A stretch of DNA of 64,000 nucleotides from an uncultured Acidobacteriota bacterium (lineage in GTDB: Bacteria > Acidobacteriota > Vicinamibacteria > Vicinamibacterales > UBA2999). A model generated the notes under the pieces. It saw nothing but the letters and a program-made list of their open reading frames with translations, did no database searches and was not told the DNA's origin. The position numbers and the translations under genes are program-made. Shown one piece after another: positions 43,553 to 53,602 of the stretch (the stretch's first letter is position 1; every line of letters begins with the position of its first letter). Where the stretch lies: the NCBI GenBank assembly GCA_963841905.1, contig CAWJEM010000024.1:384017-448016 (forward strand). Reading direction: 5' to 3'.

Positions 43553-46194
43553 CTAGTTTCCGCGCCTCCAGTTCAGAATCAGTGTAATCGGGGAGGATGC
43601 CAGATCATCCGCCGCGACATTGATCAGGAAACGACCGTCGGCCGCGACATCGTATTGGGGGTTGAAAGGATTGACCGCCGCGCTTTCCACAAAGCGCGGG
43701 GCGAAGAGCGCGACTGGCGGACTGGTCTGAAACACTGATCCGGAAGCGCTGACCTGAACGGCCATCAGCTTGCCGTCTGCGGCAACGTAGAACAGCTCGC
43801 GGCCATCGCGACTCCAGCGGCCATGCACGCCCCCGCCCGTCGACACGTGCCACACCCGTTCACCGGCAGGAAACCCCCGCACCGCGATCTCGAAAGGACC
43901 CGATTCATTCGTTTGGTACAAGAACCATCGACCATCGGGAGACAAACGTGCACTGCTTTCATCAGCGGACGTGCCAACGAGCTTACGCGTTTCCGAGGCT
44001 GGACCGAGCCGATGCACCCACACGTCGCGGCTGGCGTTTTGCGGCGTGCTGTAAAAGAGCAGCCAACGACCGTCGCGCGAAATGTCGCTCGGCGAAATCT
44101 GCGAAACGCCGAGGGCCGCCGCGCCGAGGACCAAGCTTTCATGTCCCTCCGCGTCGAGGCGCGCCATGTAGATGTCGAATGTGCTGCCGCGACTGGATCG
44201 GAAGGCGATTGCATTTTCGTCGGGCATCCACACTGGGAACACTTCCTGCGCCGAATTCATCGTCAGTCGCGTGACGGCGCCGCCGGCACGATTGACGATC
44301 CAAATATCAATGTTGCCCCCGGGGCGGCGTGTGAGGGCGACCCGTTGGCCGCTCGGCGCGAGGACCGGGCCCGAGGGAAATTCGGCGTCAGAAGCCGCGA
44401 AAGCCCCTTGATCCTCACCGTTGCGGCCGAACCAGCGCAGTTGCGCGCCGGTGACGCGGCCGGGCCGATACGCCACTGGTCCCGCTCGTGAAATCGAGAA
44501 CGCGCTCCGGCCCACCGTCGAAGGTACCGGACTCGCCACTGCCTCCGGGACTCCGGTGACCATATTCCTCGCCTCGTCAAACGGCTGGACATACAACGTT
44601 CCTTCGCGAACATACATGACTTCGTTCGGCTCGCGGAACTCGGCGGTGCCGTCGCTTCGCAACAGGCGTGTGCGATCTGGGCTGTCGATCGCCGCCAGAT
44701 AGACTCCTCGCTTGTCGGGATCGCCGATCTCAAGAACAAAGAGAAACCGCCGTCCGTCAGGGTGCCAGGTGGGTGAGAGGTGAGCGCCTTCACCTGGTGC
44801 GTGCGACGTCACGGTCCGAACGGCTGACCCGGTGGCCGAGACGAGATGGATGGGTCCGGAGGCGTTCTGCGTGAACAAGATGTCGCCGTTGGTGCTCCAC
44901 GCCCCACTTCGGCCAGCCGGCGCGTCGGCGAGCGTGACCGCCGCACCGCCCGCCAGATCGATGCGCTTCAGTTTGCCGTAGGCAAAGAACCCGATGGAGC
45001 GTGCGTCGGGTGACCAGAACGGGTTGACCGCACCTTCCGTGTTCGGCAGTGGCATCGCGGCGGCGTTGTCGAAAGCCCGCAGCCACAACTGCGAGGGACC
45101 CGTCGCTCCACGGGCGGCGAACGTGATTCTCCGGCCGTCGGGAGACAGCGCAAACGAATACGCATCTGCAGCCGCCGGCGTGGCGATATCGAGGCGCAAC
45201 TCGCCGATGCGAGGTGTCGGCGATAGCCAGAGCGCGGCCGCGGCCGACGCGATTGCCACGACGGAGGCACCCGCGGACAGTTTCCAATTGATGCGCCGTC
45301 GACCGGGCTCGACGATGGCTTCACCATCGACGTTGCCGGCGGCCGCTTCTTCGATCTCGATGCGAACGGCGGTCGCCGAGTCGAGTCGCTGCGATCGTTC
45401 GCGTACGAGGCATCGTCGCAGCAGCCTGCGAAGTGACGAAGGCGTGGAAGCGGGCAACAGCGTCCAGTCCGGCGAGGTGTGGAGAACGGCCGCCATCGTT
45501 TCCGTAGCCGTCGCTCCGCCGAACGCTCGATGTCCGCTTAACATCTCGAAGAGGACGCACCCCAAGCTCCAGATATCGCTCCGCCGATCGACACTTAGAC
45601 CCCTCGCCTGCTCGGGAGACATGACGATGCGGTGCCAAACACGACTCCAGGTCCGGTCATCTGCATCGGGATCGTGCCGGAATCGGAACTGCCGTTCGCA
45701 AGGCCTGCCGGTACAACGGTCCGGGCCAGCCCGAAGTCGAGCACCTTGGCGACCCCGTCAGATCGCACCTTGATGTTTGCGGGCTTCAAGTCCCGATGGA
45801 CGATGCCGATCTCGTGCGCAGCTTCAAGCGCCGCCGCGATCTGGCGCCCGATCTCGAGCGCCTGATCAAGCGGCAGGCGACCCTGCCGAATCCGGGCGGC
45901 GAGGTCTGCGCCCTCGACGAACTCCATCACCAATGCGCGGCTTCCATCCTCGCTCAGCGCGACGCCGTAGATCTGCGCGACATGTGGATGGTTGATCGAT
46001 GCCAGCATCATGGCTTCGCGCTCGAACCGCGCGGCGCGCTCGGCATCACGGACAAACTGGTCGGGCAGAACCTTGATGGCGACGACGCGTCGGAGATCCG
46101 GATCGAGGGCCTTGTAGACTTCGCCCATCCCGCCGGCACCGAGCGAGCACTGAATCTCGTATGATCCGACGCGTGCGCCCGGGGCGAGTTTCAT
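43553..46194 (-). pseudogene. Ser/Thr protein kinase fused to a TolB-like beta-propeller, frame broken once
   Basis: Pieces are 45595..46194 ([28 protein letters not shown]) and 43553..45622 (SPEQARG..., repeated SPDG blades). The motif GTAS-YMSPEQ lacks one base at about 45623. Confidence 0.85.
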
Positions 46195-46312
46195 GGATAC
46201 CGTCGAGCTCGGCTGCGGATCACGTTTCTGTCACATGGGGAAGGGGCTGACCAGAGATCGAGAACGAACGTTATGCAAACCGCGAGACGGGCCTAATGTG
46301 TCCTATCGTGCG

Positions 46313-46480
46313 TCACCTGGTCGAGCGGAGAGATACCGAGTCTGGCCGTCGCCGCCAAGAAAAGCGCCATTCACCGTTTCCCCTGCCACGCCCAGCGGGC
46401 GTTTGCGCTGTGGGCAGCGCCAGGTAGAGCATGCCAAGAGCGAGAACCCCCAAGGACGACTGCAGGTGCCTGCCGTTCAT
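46313..46480 (-). CDS. Candidate 55-aa ORF with signal-like N-terminus (weak)
   Basis: GGAGGAG precedes ATG 46478-46480. Sequence: MNGRHLQSSLGVLALGMLYLALPTAQTPAGRG.... It could be the remnant of a longer gene. Confidence 0.2.
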   Translation of the reverse strand: MNGRHLQSSLGVLALGMLYLALPTAQTPAGRGRGNGEWRFSWRRRPDSVSLRSTR

Positions 46481-47046
46481 CCTCGTCTCCTCCGCGACGA
46501 CACGAAGCGATCACACGACATGCGGAGCCTAGGTCGGTTCGGGTCTCGTGGTCAAGGCCGACCGGACGGCCCTCGGCCGGACGCCATCGGCGACAGGGCA
46601 GCCGTAGGCAGCCATCGCCGCGATCGCCAGGAGGGCTGCGACCGCGCGACCCGCGTACCACACCGAAAAATCGAGCGTGACAGGGAAGTACGTGAGGACC
46701 CGGAACGCCAGCACCATGACCGCAAAGGCCAGAAAGCCAACACGCGGCGCTCATCCCGATACGTGCGGGTTCGGGCTCAGACCGGCCCGTTCTACAGACG
46801 ATCGACATCGCCGGCGTCGCCGCTTGCGCCATCTAGCCGAGCGGCTCCCAAAACCAATGACGTAGTCGAACACCACGCGGAGCGTCTCGCGCTTTTGTGT
46901 GGTGGGGCGAGGCTCGCGCGACCGCGGGGCCTCGCACCTACCCGAGGAGGAATGCCCAATGACTGACGGCGGGTTTCCAAGCTCAGGCCATCACGTGCCG
47001 ATTGTCCATGCTTCCCGCCGGGCCGCTGACCCGCGGCGTCGAGGTG

Positions 47047-47074
47047 TTGACATATTCCGTAATGGGAATACAAT
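47047..47074 (+). promoter_or_regulatory. Sigma-70-type promoter of arsR, probably giving a leaderless mRNA
   Basis: TTGACA (47047-52), a 16-nt spacer, then TACAAT (47069-74). The ATG at 47081 is only 6 nt downstream of the -10 box. Confidence 0.5.
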
Positions 47075-47130
47075 TACCACATGCCTCGAGCGGCGACGAC
47101 GAGCGACGTCTTCAACGCCGTCGCAGAAGC
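47065..47130 (+). repeat. 66-bp direct repeat, copy B
   Basis: Matches 43246-43311 with 3 mismatches and covers the functional arsR 5' end. Confidence 0.9.
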
Positions 47131-47416
47131 GCGACGACGGGACATCCTCGTCTACCTGGCGACGCGCGAGCGTCCAGTCGGCGACATCGTGGCCGCGCTC
47201 GACCTGCATCAGCCGTCCGTATCCAAACACCTCCGTGTGCTGCGAAACGTCGGCCTGGTGAACGTTCGACGAGAAGGTCGTCAGGCGTTTTATCGCACGA
47301 ACGTCCATGCCATTCGACCGCTCCATGAATGGGCCGGGATGTTCGAGCGCCATTGGAAGCACCAGCTCGCACGGATCAAGGAGCAAGCCGAAAGGGAAAC
47401 TCATGACTCTGACTGA
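47081..47416 (+). CDS. ArsR/SmtB family transcriptional regulator
   Basis: 111 aa with the wHTH ...RRRDILVYLATRERPVGDIVAALDLHQPSVSKHLRVLRNVGLVNVRREGRQAFY.... Confidence 0.85.
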   Translation: MPRAATTSDVFNAVAEARRRDILVYLATRERPVGDIVAALDLHQPSVSKHLRVLRNVGLVNVRREGRQAFYRTNVHAIRPLHEWAGMFERHWKHQLARIKEQAERETHDSD

Positions 47417-47852
47417 TTCAGCACTCGACAATCTGACGCTCAACATCACGCAGGAAATCCAGGTGCGCGCCCCGCTGGACGCCACGTTCGCAGCCGTCCT
47501 CGAACAGATGGGGCCGGCAAACGAAACACCAGATGGAAAGCCCCTTCCACTGGTCCTCGAGGCTGTTCCCGGTGGTCGATGGTTTCGCGATCTTGGTGAT
47601 GACGACGGCCACTTCTGGGGTCACGTTCAGGCGATCAAACGGCCGACACTGCTCGAGATCACGGGGCCGCTTTTCATCTCCGGCCCGGTGATGTCGAATA
47701 TTCAGTACCGCCTGCGAGAAGTCGACGGTGGTACGCTGATTGTCTTCCGGCACTCTGCACTCGGGTTCGTGCCAGACGACTATCGGGAAGGTCTTTCCAA
47801 GGGCTGGACGCCCCTGCTCGATCGCATTCGGAAGCAAGCTGAACGAACTTAG
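47403..47852 (+). CDS. SRPBCC (Aha1/START-like) domain protein
   Basis: ATG 47403 overlaps the arsR end by 14 nt. Contains ...ITQEIQVRAPLDATFAAVLEQMG...WFRDLGDDDGHFWGHVQAIKRPTLLEI.... Confidence 0.8.
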   Translation: MTLTDSALDNLTLNITQEIQVRAPLDATFAAVLEQMGPANETPDGKPLPLVLEAVPGGRWFRDLGDDDGHFWGHVQAIKRPTLLEITGPLFISGPVMSNIQYRLREVDGGTLIVFRHSALGFVPDDYREGLSKGWTPLLDRIRKQAERT

Positions 47853-47927
47853 GTTTCAAGGTTCCAGGGTTCCAGGGGTTCAAGGTTCTGAGAACTTTGG
47901 AACCTTGGAACGTTGGAACCCTGGAAC
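47852..47927. repeat. Inverted tandem-repeat hairpin (AGGTTCC 8-nt units)
   Basis: GGTTTCAA GGTTCCAG GGTTCCAG GGGTTCAA GGTTCTGA | GAACTTTG GAACCTTG GAACGTTG GAACCCTG GAAC. It lies between co-directional genes. Confidence 0.9.
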
Positions 47928-47947
47928 ATTTTATGAGGAGAAGTGTC

Positions 47948-48466
47948 ATGTCGATGATCCAAGCGTTGCAGCAGGAACTTGATGTCGAGATGGAAACGAC
48001 CCGGCGTGTCCTCGAACGTGTCCCGGGCGACCGTCTGAGCTGGAAACCGCACGACAAGTCGATGTCGCTCGGACAGTTGGCGCTCCACATTGCCACGCTC
48101 CCCGGCGCCATTGCCGAGATATCACAGCACTCGCCGTTCACCATGCCCCAGATCACGCAGCCGAGCGCATCGACGGCCGCGGAATTGATACCAGCCTTGG
48201 AAGAGAGCGTCGCCAACGCAAAGCGTCATCTCGGAACGCTCGACGATGCGGCGTTGACGAAGATGTGGCGTCTCGTGGACGGAGACAGGGAGCTTTTCGC
48301 GGTGCCGATTGGTGGGCTATTTCGCTCGGTCATGCTCAACCACTGGTATCACCATCGCGGGCAGCTCTCGGTGTATTTGCGGCAGTTGAACGTGCCAGTG
48401 CCGTCGATCTACGGGCCGAGCGCGGATGAAAATCCGTTTGCAGCGGCAAAAGCAGCGACTGTGTAG
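47948..48466 (+). CDS. DinB-family (DinB_2) protein
   Basis: ATG 47948 follows AGGAGA. Contains ...RLSWKPHDKSMSLGQLALHIA...MLNHWYHHRGQLSVYLRQ.... Confidence 0.8.
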   Translation: MSMIQALQQELDVEMETTRRVLERVPGDRLSWKPHDKSMSLGQLALHIATLPGAIAEISQHSPFTMPQITQPSASTAAELIPALEESVANAKRHLGTLDDAALTKMWRLVDGDRELFAVPIGGLFRSVMLNHWYHHRGQLSVYLRQLNVPVPSIYGPSADENPFAAAKAATV

Positions 48467-48490
48467 TTGCGATCAAATCACTCGCCCCTA

Positions 48491-48574
48491 TGGCTTCCGG
48501 TTTTAGCCGGAAGATCAGGCTTCAGCCGAAAGATCTGTTGTCCGCCGCAGCTTTAGCCGGAAGGCGGAAGCCAC
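48491..48574. repeat. Cluster of REP-like elements (one full copy, two partial)
   Basis: TGGCTTCCGG-TTTTAG-CCGGAAGATC (48491-48516), AGGCTTCAGCCGAAAGATC, and GCTTTAGCCGGAAGGCGGAAGCCAC. Confidence 0.65.
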
Positions 48575-48615
48575 AGGGGCATGTTACTCATGCCGCAATG
48601 CCACCACGTTCACTT

Positions 48616-48653
48616 GGTCACTAATCGCTGATCACTGATCACTGATCACTGAG
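48616..48653. repeat. Tandem CTGATCA heptamers
   Basis: GGTCACTAATCG CTGATCA CTGATCA CTGATCA CTGAG. It overlaps the stop codon (48646-48648) of the kinase gene. Confidence 0.8.
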
Positions 48654-51326
48654 TGGCAGTGGGTGCGCGTGCCTTCAGCTCTTCGAACCAGTTCAGCACA
48701 ACATGAATCTGCTGCGGGCCGGATTCGTTTGTGCTCGACGACCTAGCGCCCACGATTCGGCCGTCGGGCATGATGTCGAACGTGCGCTGGCTGGCGGGAT
48801 TGGAGAGCCCGAAACCTCGGGGGATGCCAACCGGCCTGGAGAACGTGAAGTTCGGGTCCGTTCTCACGGTGACGGTCATGAACCGCCCCGGCGCGGGCAC
48901 GAAGAACAGCTCCTTGCCTTCGCGGGACCACAGCGGCCGTCCACCGCGGGCAATCTGATACTTCGTGCCGGTTGGCGGAAACGGCTGAACGTAGGTGGTC
49001 GCTTCCGCCAGCCCCGCTTCGCCTACCTGGTACGCGATCCATTGGCCGTCTGGTGAGAACATCGCGTTGGTGGGAAGCGAGGAATCCTTGACGTCGCCGA
49101 ACGGCGTCGCTTTTCGATCCCGCATCGAAAGCATCCAAAGCGACGAGACAAGGTCCTTCTCGCGCTGAACAGGAGCACATCGCCGTCGGGAGACCACGAC
49201 TCGGGCACATGCGAGATGCCTCGGTCAGGTGTAGTGAGCCGCTCTGCTGTACCACCGTCGGCCGGTTGCCAGAAGACGGCGAGATCGCCTTCACGATCGG
49301 ATTGAAACGCCACACGCCGTCCATCGGCGGACCACAATGGGAAGCGGTTGTTGCCGCCGAAAGTGAGCCGCCGGATCGAACTCGAACCGGACAGCTCGTG
49401 GATCGAGACGACGGCCTCTTTGCCATCATGCGTGGCAAGCGCGATTCGCTTGCCATCAGGCGACACACGGGGGTAATCGTACCTCCCCGGCGGCAGCTTG
49501 AGCGCCTCTGCCCCGCCCTTGCGATCGAACAGCACGACATCCTGGTGCCATGCCGAGGGCGAGCCCGGCACGTAAACCAAAGAACCCGTGTTGGAGATGG
49601 CGAAGTTTGCCGAGCCTTCCGACCCAAACAGGCCGTCACGACGTACGCCTTCGACGACGGGCACAGCACCGCCACTCACCTCGAGCTTGGAAAGGTCGAA
49701 CGGCACCGCGAACAGGTTGGCCCCCGCTGCGTACACGATGTGGCCAGTCGGCACATACCGCGCATCGTTGCCGCCCTCAATGAGCGTCTTCCTCACGCCC
49801 GTTTCAAGCGACTGCACGACGACTTGCGCGGCATCCCAACGATCGATGTCGGGGCTCGTTCGCTTCGCAATCGAGAAGAGCAGCATGCCGTTGGGCAGCA
49901 GGTGGGGGCTAAACGCCACCTCCTCGGAGCTATTCAGCTCGAGAAGCACCGCTGGCTTGCCACCGTTCGGTGAGACCCGCATGATGGCACCATGCTGCGA
50001 AAACAGAATGCTGTCGTTGTTCCAGGTGATACTGGACGGGGCAATACCAACCTGGCAGAGGGTAACCGCAGTGCCCCCGCCGATGGGTATGCGCTTGAGC
50101 GCCGAATCGCCCCAGAACACCAGCGATTGACCATCGGGCGAGAAGACAGGGCTGTTAGGGCCGGGGCCGTTCCGGAGATCGCTCTGGCCTCGAGATCCCA
50201 CATCGACCGGAGAAACAAACCGTCAGCGGCCGCGTACACCACGCGCGTACCGTCCGGTGACACGGCGATAGTGTCGAATTACCGTCAACTGTTGTCCCTG
50301 TGGCAGCGAGAACGCGAATCGCGTCACCGAAACGGCCGGCGACGGCTCGCTCTTCCAAAGCAGAGCGACCGCCATGGCCGCGCCAAACAGCACACCGCCA
50401 AGGACGAGCATCGCCCGCCGCCAGACCGGGTGCGACGCAACCGGTGTTGACGGCGCTTCATGCGGCTGGTTGAGGAGGAACAGCGCCGTGGAGACATCGC
50501 CAATGCGCTCTTTCCGATCTTTACGCAGACAGCCCTGAATCAGCGCGCGGACCGCAGGCGGCACATTCGAGGGCAGCGCGTTCCAGTCGGGCTCGCCCTT
50601 GAGCACGGTAGCGAGCGTGTCAGACACATCATCGCCGTTGAAGGCCCGCCTGGCGGTCAACATCTCGTACAGCACACACCCGAAGGCCCAGACGTCAGCA
50701 CGCTTGTCGGCCGCGCGGCCTTTGGCCTGTTCGGGGCTCATGTAGGCGGCAGTGCCCAGGATCACGCCGACGCTCGTCATCATGGCCGGCGAGGTCAGCG
50801 TGGGCGAGTTGACCAGCGCGGCGGCGGCCTCCGCGCCCGCCGGCGGATCGACCGCCTTGGCAAGGCCGAAATCCAGCACCTTTACTGTTCCGTCCGGTCG
50901 CACCTTGATGTTGGCCGGCTTCAAATCACGATGGACGATGCCCTGTTCGTGTGCGGCCTCCAGCGCCTCGGCGATCTGCTTAGCGATCGGGAGCGCCTCG
51001 TCGATCGCGATTGCACCTTGTGCGATCCGATCGGCGAGTGTCTGGCCTTCGACGAGCTCCATCACGAGTGCACGGACCCCCTGCGAATCCTCGAGGCCGT
51101 AAATGTGCGCGATGTGCGGATGGTTGAGCGAGGCGAGCACTTGCGCTTCGCGTCTGAAGCGCGCGAGGCGTTCGGGATCGTTGGCCACGGCCGGGAGAAG
51201 CACTTTGATCGCGACGTCGCGATTGAGCGCACGGTCTCGCGCGCGATAGACCTCGCCCATGCCGCCCACGCCGAGTGTGGAAAGGACTTCGTATGAGCCG
51301 AGATGGGTCCCGACAGACAAGGCCAT
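48646..51326 (-). pseudogene. Ser/Thr protein kinase fused to a TolB-like beta-propeller, frame broken three times
   Basis: Pieces are 50223..51326 (kinase domain, TM), 49934..50263, 49023..50201 and 48646..49197. Junctions: ...GQQLTV|FDTIAVSPDGTRVVY (+1 at about 50280), ...ARAISGT|GPNSPVFSPDG (-1 at about 50170), ...SPDGDVLLFS|QREKDLVSSLWML (-1 at about 49170). Confidence 0.85.
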
Positions 51327-51507
51327 GGGGCGACGCTGATTCTAGCTGCTCAGCAGGCAGGGGGGAGAATGGGTATGGGGAAGGGAGAAGTGAACGCTGA
51401 GGGACGTCAAATATGCTGCGAGAAGGACGCGAAGGCCGCAGTGTGGTTCGTGATCTCTGTTTGAGACTCGGACTGCTGTGGCAGTGACTGCTTGAGAATA
51501 GGACAGC

Positions 51508-52060
51508 AATGGCCGACACACATTCGACGCGCGGTTTTTCGGGGCAGGCGAGGCGTTCAAGAAAATCTTTCGCACTGCAGGCGATGGCTAAGCGCGGCGA
51601 CTCGACGTGCGGTGATGGCGTCGCAAGGCGGCTGGACTAGACAGCTGCGCGCGCGAGCGCGGGACAGCGTCGAGAGATACGGCGGCTCGACGGCGGCGTT
51701 CGACAAGCTCGTTGGGCTGTTGCGCTACGTCGACGGGGACTACAAAGATCCGCGACCTTCGCGGCGCGCAGGCGCCAGCAGCGAAGCAGCGCTATGGCGA
51801 TCTCAACCTGAGTGGTGGAGCAACTGGCGCAGTGGATGTGCGAAAGGATCGCGCGTGTCGTCGAGAAACTTCGGTCAGGATCTTCTCGGCGCGCGAATTG
51901 AACGGATCCTGCTCGGTGTTCGTCGAGGGCGATATCTTCCGGATCGACACTACTCGGAAAGCGCCCGTCCACACGCTGTTTTTCGCTTTAAAATGTATGG
52001 AAGTTTTGGAATGTATAGTGAGAGAGTGCAAATCAGATGAAGATAATCGATCATGGCGAG
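51508..52060 (+). pseudogene. zwf: Glucose-6-phosphate dehydrogenase-like sequence, heavily degraded
   Basis: Scattered across frames: FKKIF..LQAMAKRGD, AAFDKLVGLLRYVDGDYKDP, VVEQLAQ.GCAKG.RVVVEK.FGQDL, SARELN...VF.EGDIFRID, VQI. Many indels are needed to join them. Similarity fades into the C-free block. Confidence 0.6.
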
Positions 52061-52129
52061 GCGCCTTCAGCGGCGTGACCATGCGCCAGTCAGGAGTTCG
52101 AGTTTCGCCTCGGTGTTGTCGTGGTAGCC

Positions 52130-52262
52130 AGAAGAGGAGAGAGGAGAGGGAGGTGAGGGAAGGAGGAGGAAGGGGGGGGGTGGAGAAGGGGGGGATGGGT
52201 GGAGGGTGATGTGGGGGAGAGTAGGAGATGTGGGGAGGGAGAGATGATAGTTGTGGAGATTG
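52130..52262 (+). other. 133-nt tract with no cytosine on the plus strand (core of a C-depleted G/A-rich block, about 51987-52520)
   Basis: I counted lines 52141-52260 and found zero C. G-runs such as GGGAGG, GGGGGGGGG and GGGGGGG recur. Confidence 0.9.
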
Positions 52263-52645
52263 CTTGGTCCGTGGTATGAGAGATAGATGGTGGTAGAGAG
52301 AGAATGTGGAGAGAGATAGCAGGGAGGAGAGATGGTGCTTAAGAGAGAGTTGGTGATGAGTGAGAGAGAGAGGGTTGTTTGCGCGTATGGATATGTGAAG
52401 AAGAGTGGCGGATGTGATGGTGCTGAGATGAGCAATCGGTTCGCGAATACGAGAGGGGAGTGGGGTTTTCTAGCGCAGGATATCGTATTCTGGCGGGTGG
52501 GCGAACTGTCTAAGTGAAGAAGGAGCTACGATTCATGGCTGATGCCGGAAGGAAGCTAGCACCGCTATCCGAGGTGAACGACGCCTACGCTGTCTCGTTA
52601 AGTTTCAGGTGGAACGCAGATTTATAGGTCGATACAATTCGACCT

Positions 52646-53541
52646 ATGACGGCTCGCATTTGCAGGAGCGCGGCGCTCGCCTGCCTCGTTCTCCTGGCGG
52701 CAACGCAGGTCTTTTCTCAACCGGCTGTTGCCCCGCCTGACCAGTTCTTCGACTCGAACGGCGTTCGGCTCCGATACGTCGAGCAGGGAAGCGGGCCAGC
52801 GATCGTCCTGATGCACGGCTATACCGGCACGCTCGATCGGCACTTCCTCGCTAACGGTGTTTTCGCGGATCTCGCGAACGATCATCGCGTCATCGCGTTC
52901 GACCTGCGAGGTCACGGCAAGAGTGACAAGCCGTACGACGCCGCCGGGTACGGCGAGGTGATGGCCAGCGACGTGGTGCGCCTTCTCGATCACCTGAAGA
53001 TCCAGCGCGCGCACGTGATCGGTTATTCGCTGGGCGCGATGATCGCGGGACGCCTCGCCACAAAGCATCCCGAACGGCTGATCAGTGTGGCGTATGTGGC
53101 GTCGCTTCCAGTTCGCGAGCAGGACTCATACCTCGACAAGTTCGCAGAGGAATCCGTCAAGGAGCTCGAGAGTGACATCCCGTTTCGCTCGTTGACGCTG
53201 GCGCTGCAACCGCCGGGCTCGAAGCCGCCCACGGATGATGAGATGCGGAAGATGATGGCTCCGCTTGTCGCTGCAAACGACGTCAAGGCGCTCGCGGCAT
53301 TGTGGCGCGGCTATCGCACGCTGAGCGTTCAGGATAGTGCGCTGTCGTCCGTGCCGGTGCCGATGATGGTCCTGATCGGCAGTGAGGATGCCAGTGCGCC
53401 GGGCGTGCCGGCGTTCACGAAGGCGCATCCGCACATCCGCACGCTCGTCGTTCCTGGAGCACAGCACGGCGGCCCACAGGGCGTGATGCGTCGGCCGGAG
53501 TTCAGGCTGCGCTGCGAGAGTTTCTGGCAGCGGCGCGCTGA
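52646..53541 (+). pseudogene. Alpha/beta hydrolase with the frame broken near the 3' end
   Basis: Signal peptide, VLMHGYTG, GYSLGA nucleophile elbow. ...RRPEF(AG)AALREFLAAAR* is restored by adding one base at about 53504 (TGA 53539-53541). The raw ORF instead runs to 53941, across the convergent gene. Confidence 0.75.
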
Positions 53542-53602
53542 GGCCGACAGGATGGCGCCGTGTTCATCAGTCGGCCCGCGGTCAGGCCCTCGATCAGAGG
53601 CA

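Noticed and set aside
46193-46966. 257-aa plus-strand ORF filling the unassigned region upstream of the first kinase.
   Set aside because: It is Arg/Pro/Ser-rich with no hydrophobic core pattern or motifs. It begins antisense to the kinase start and is probably non-coding.
43246-47130. The 66-bp direct repeats as ends of an insertion sequence or transposon.
   Set aside because: There is no transposase or integrase between them and there are no terminal inverted repeats. The repeat is a duplicated piece of a host gene, so it is better described as a duplication or recombination scar.
52067-52435. 122-aa minus-strand Pro/Ser/Leu-rich ORF, and the Pro-rich plus-strand ORF 55700..56056.
   Set aside because: Both are translations of the strand-biased low-complexity blocks. 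Their composition follows the missing base rather than protein constraints.
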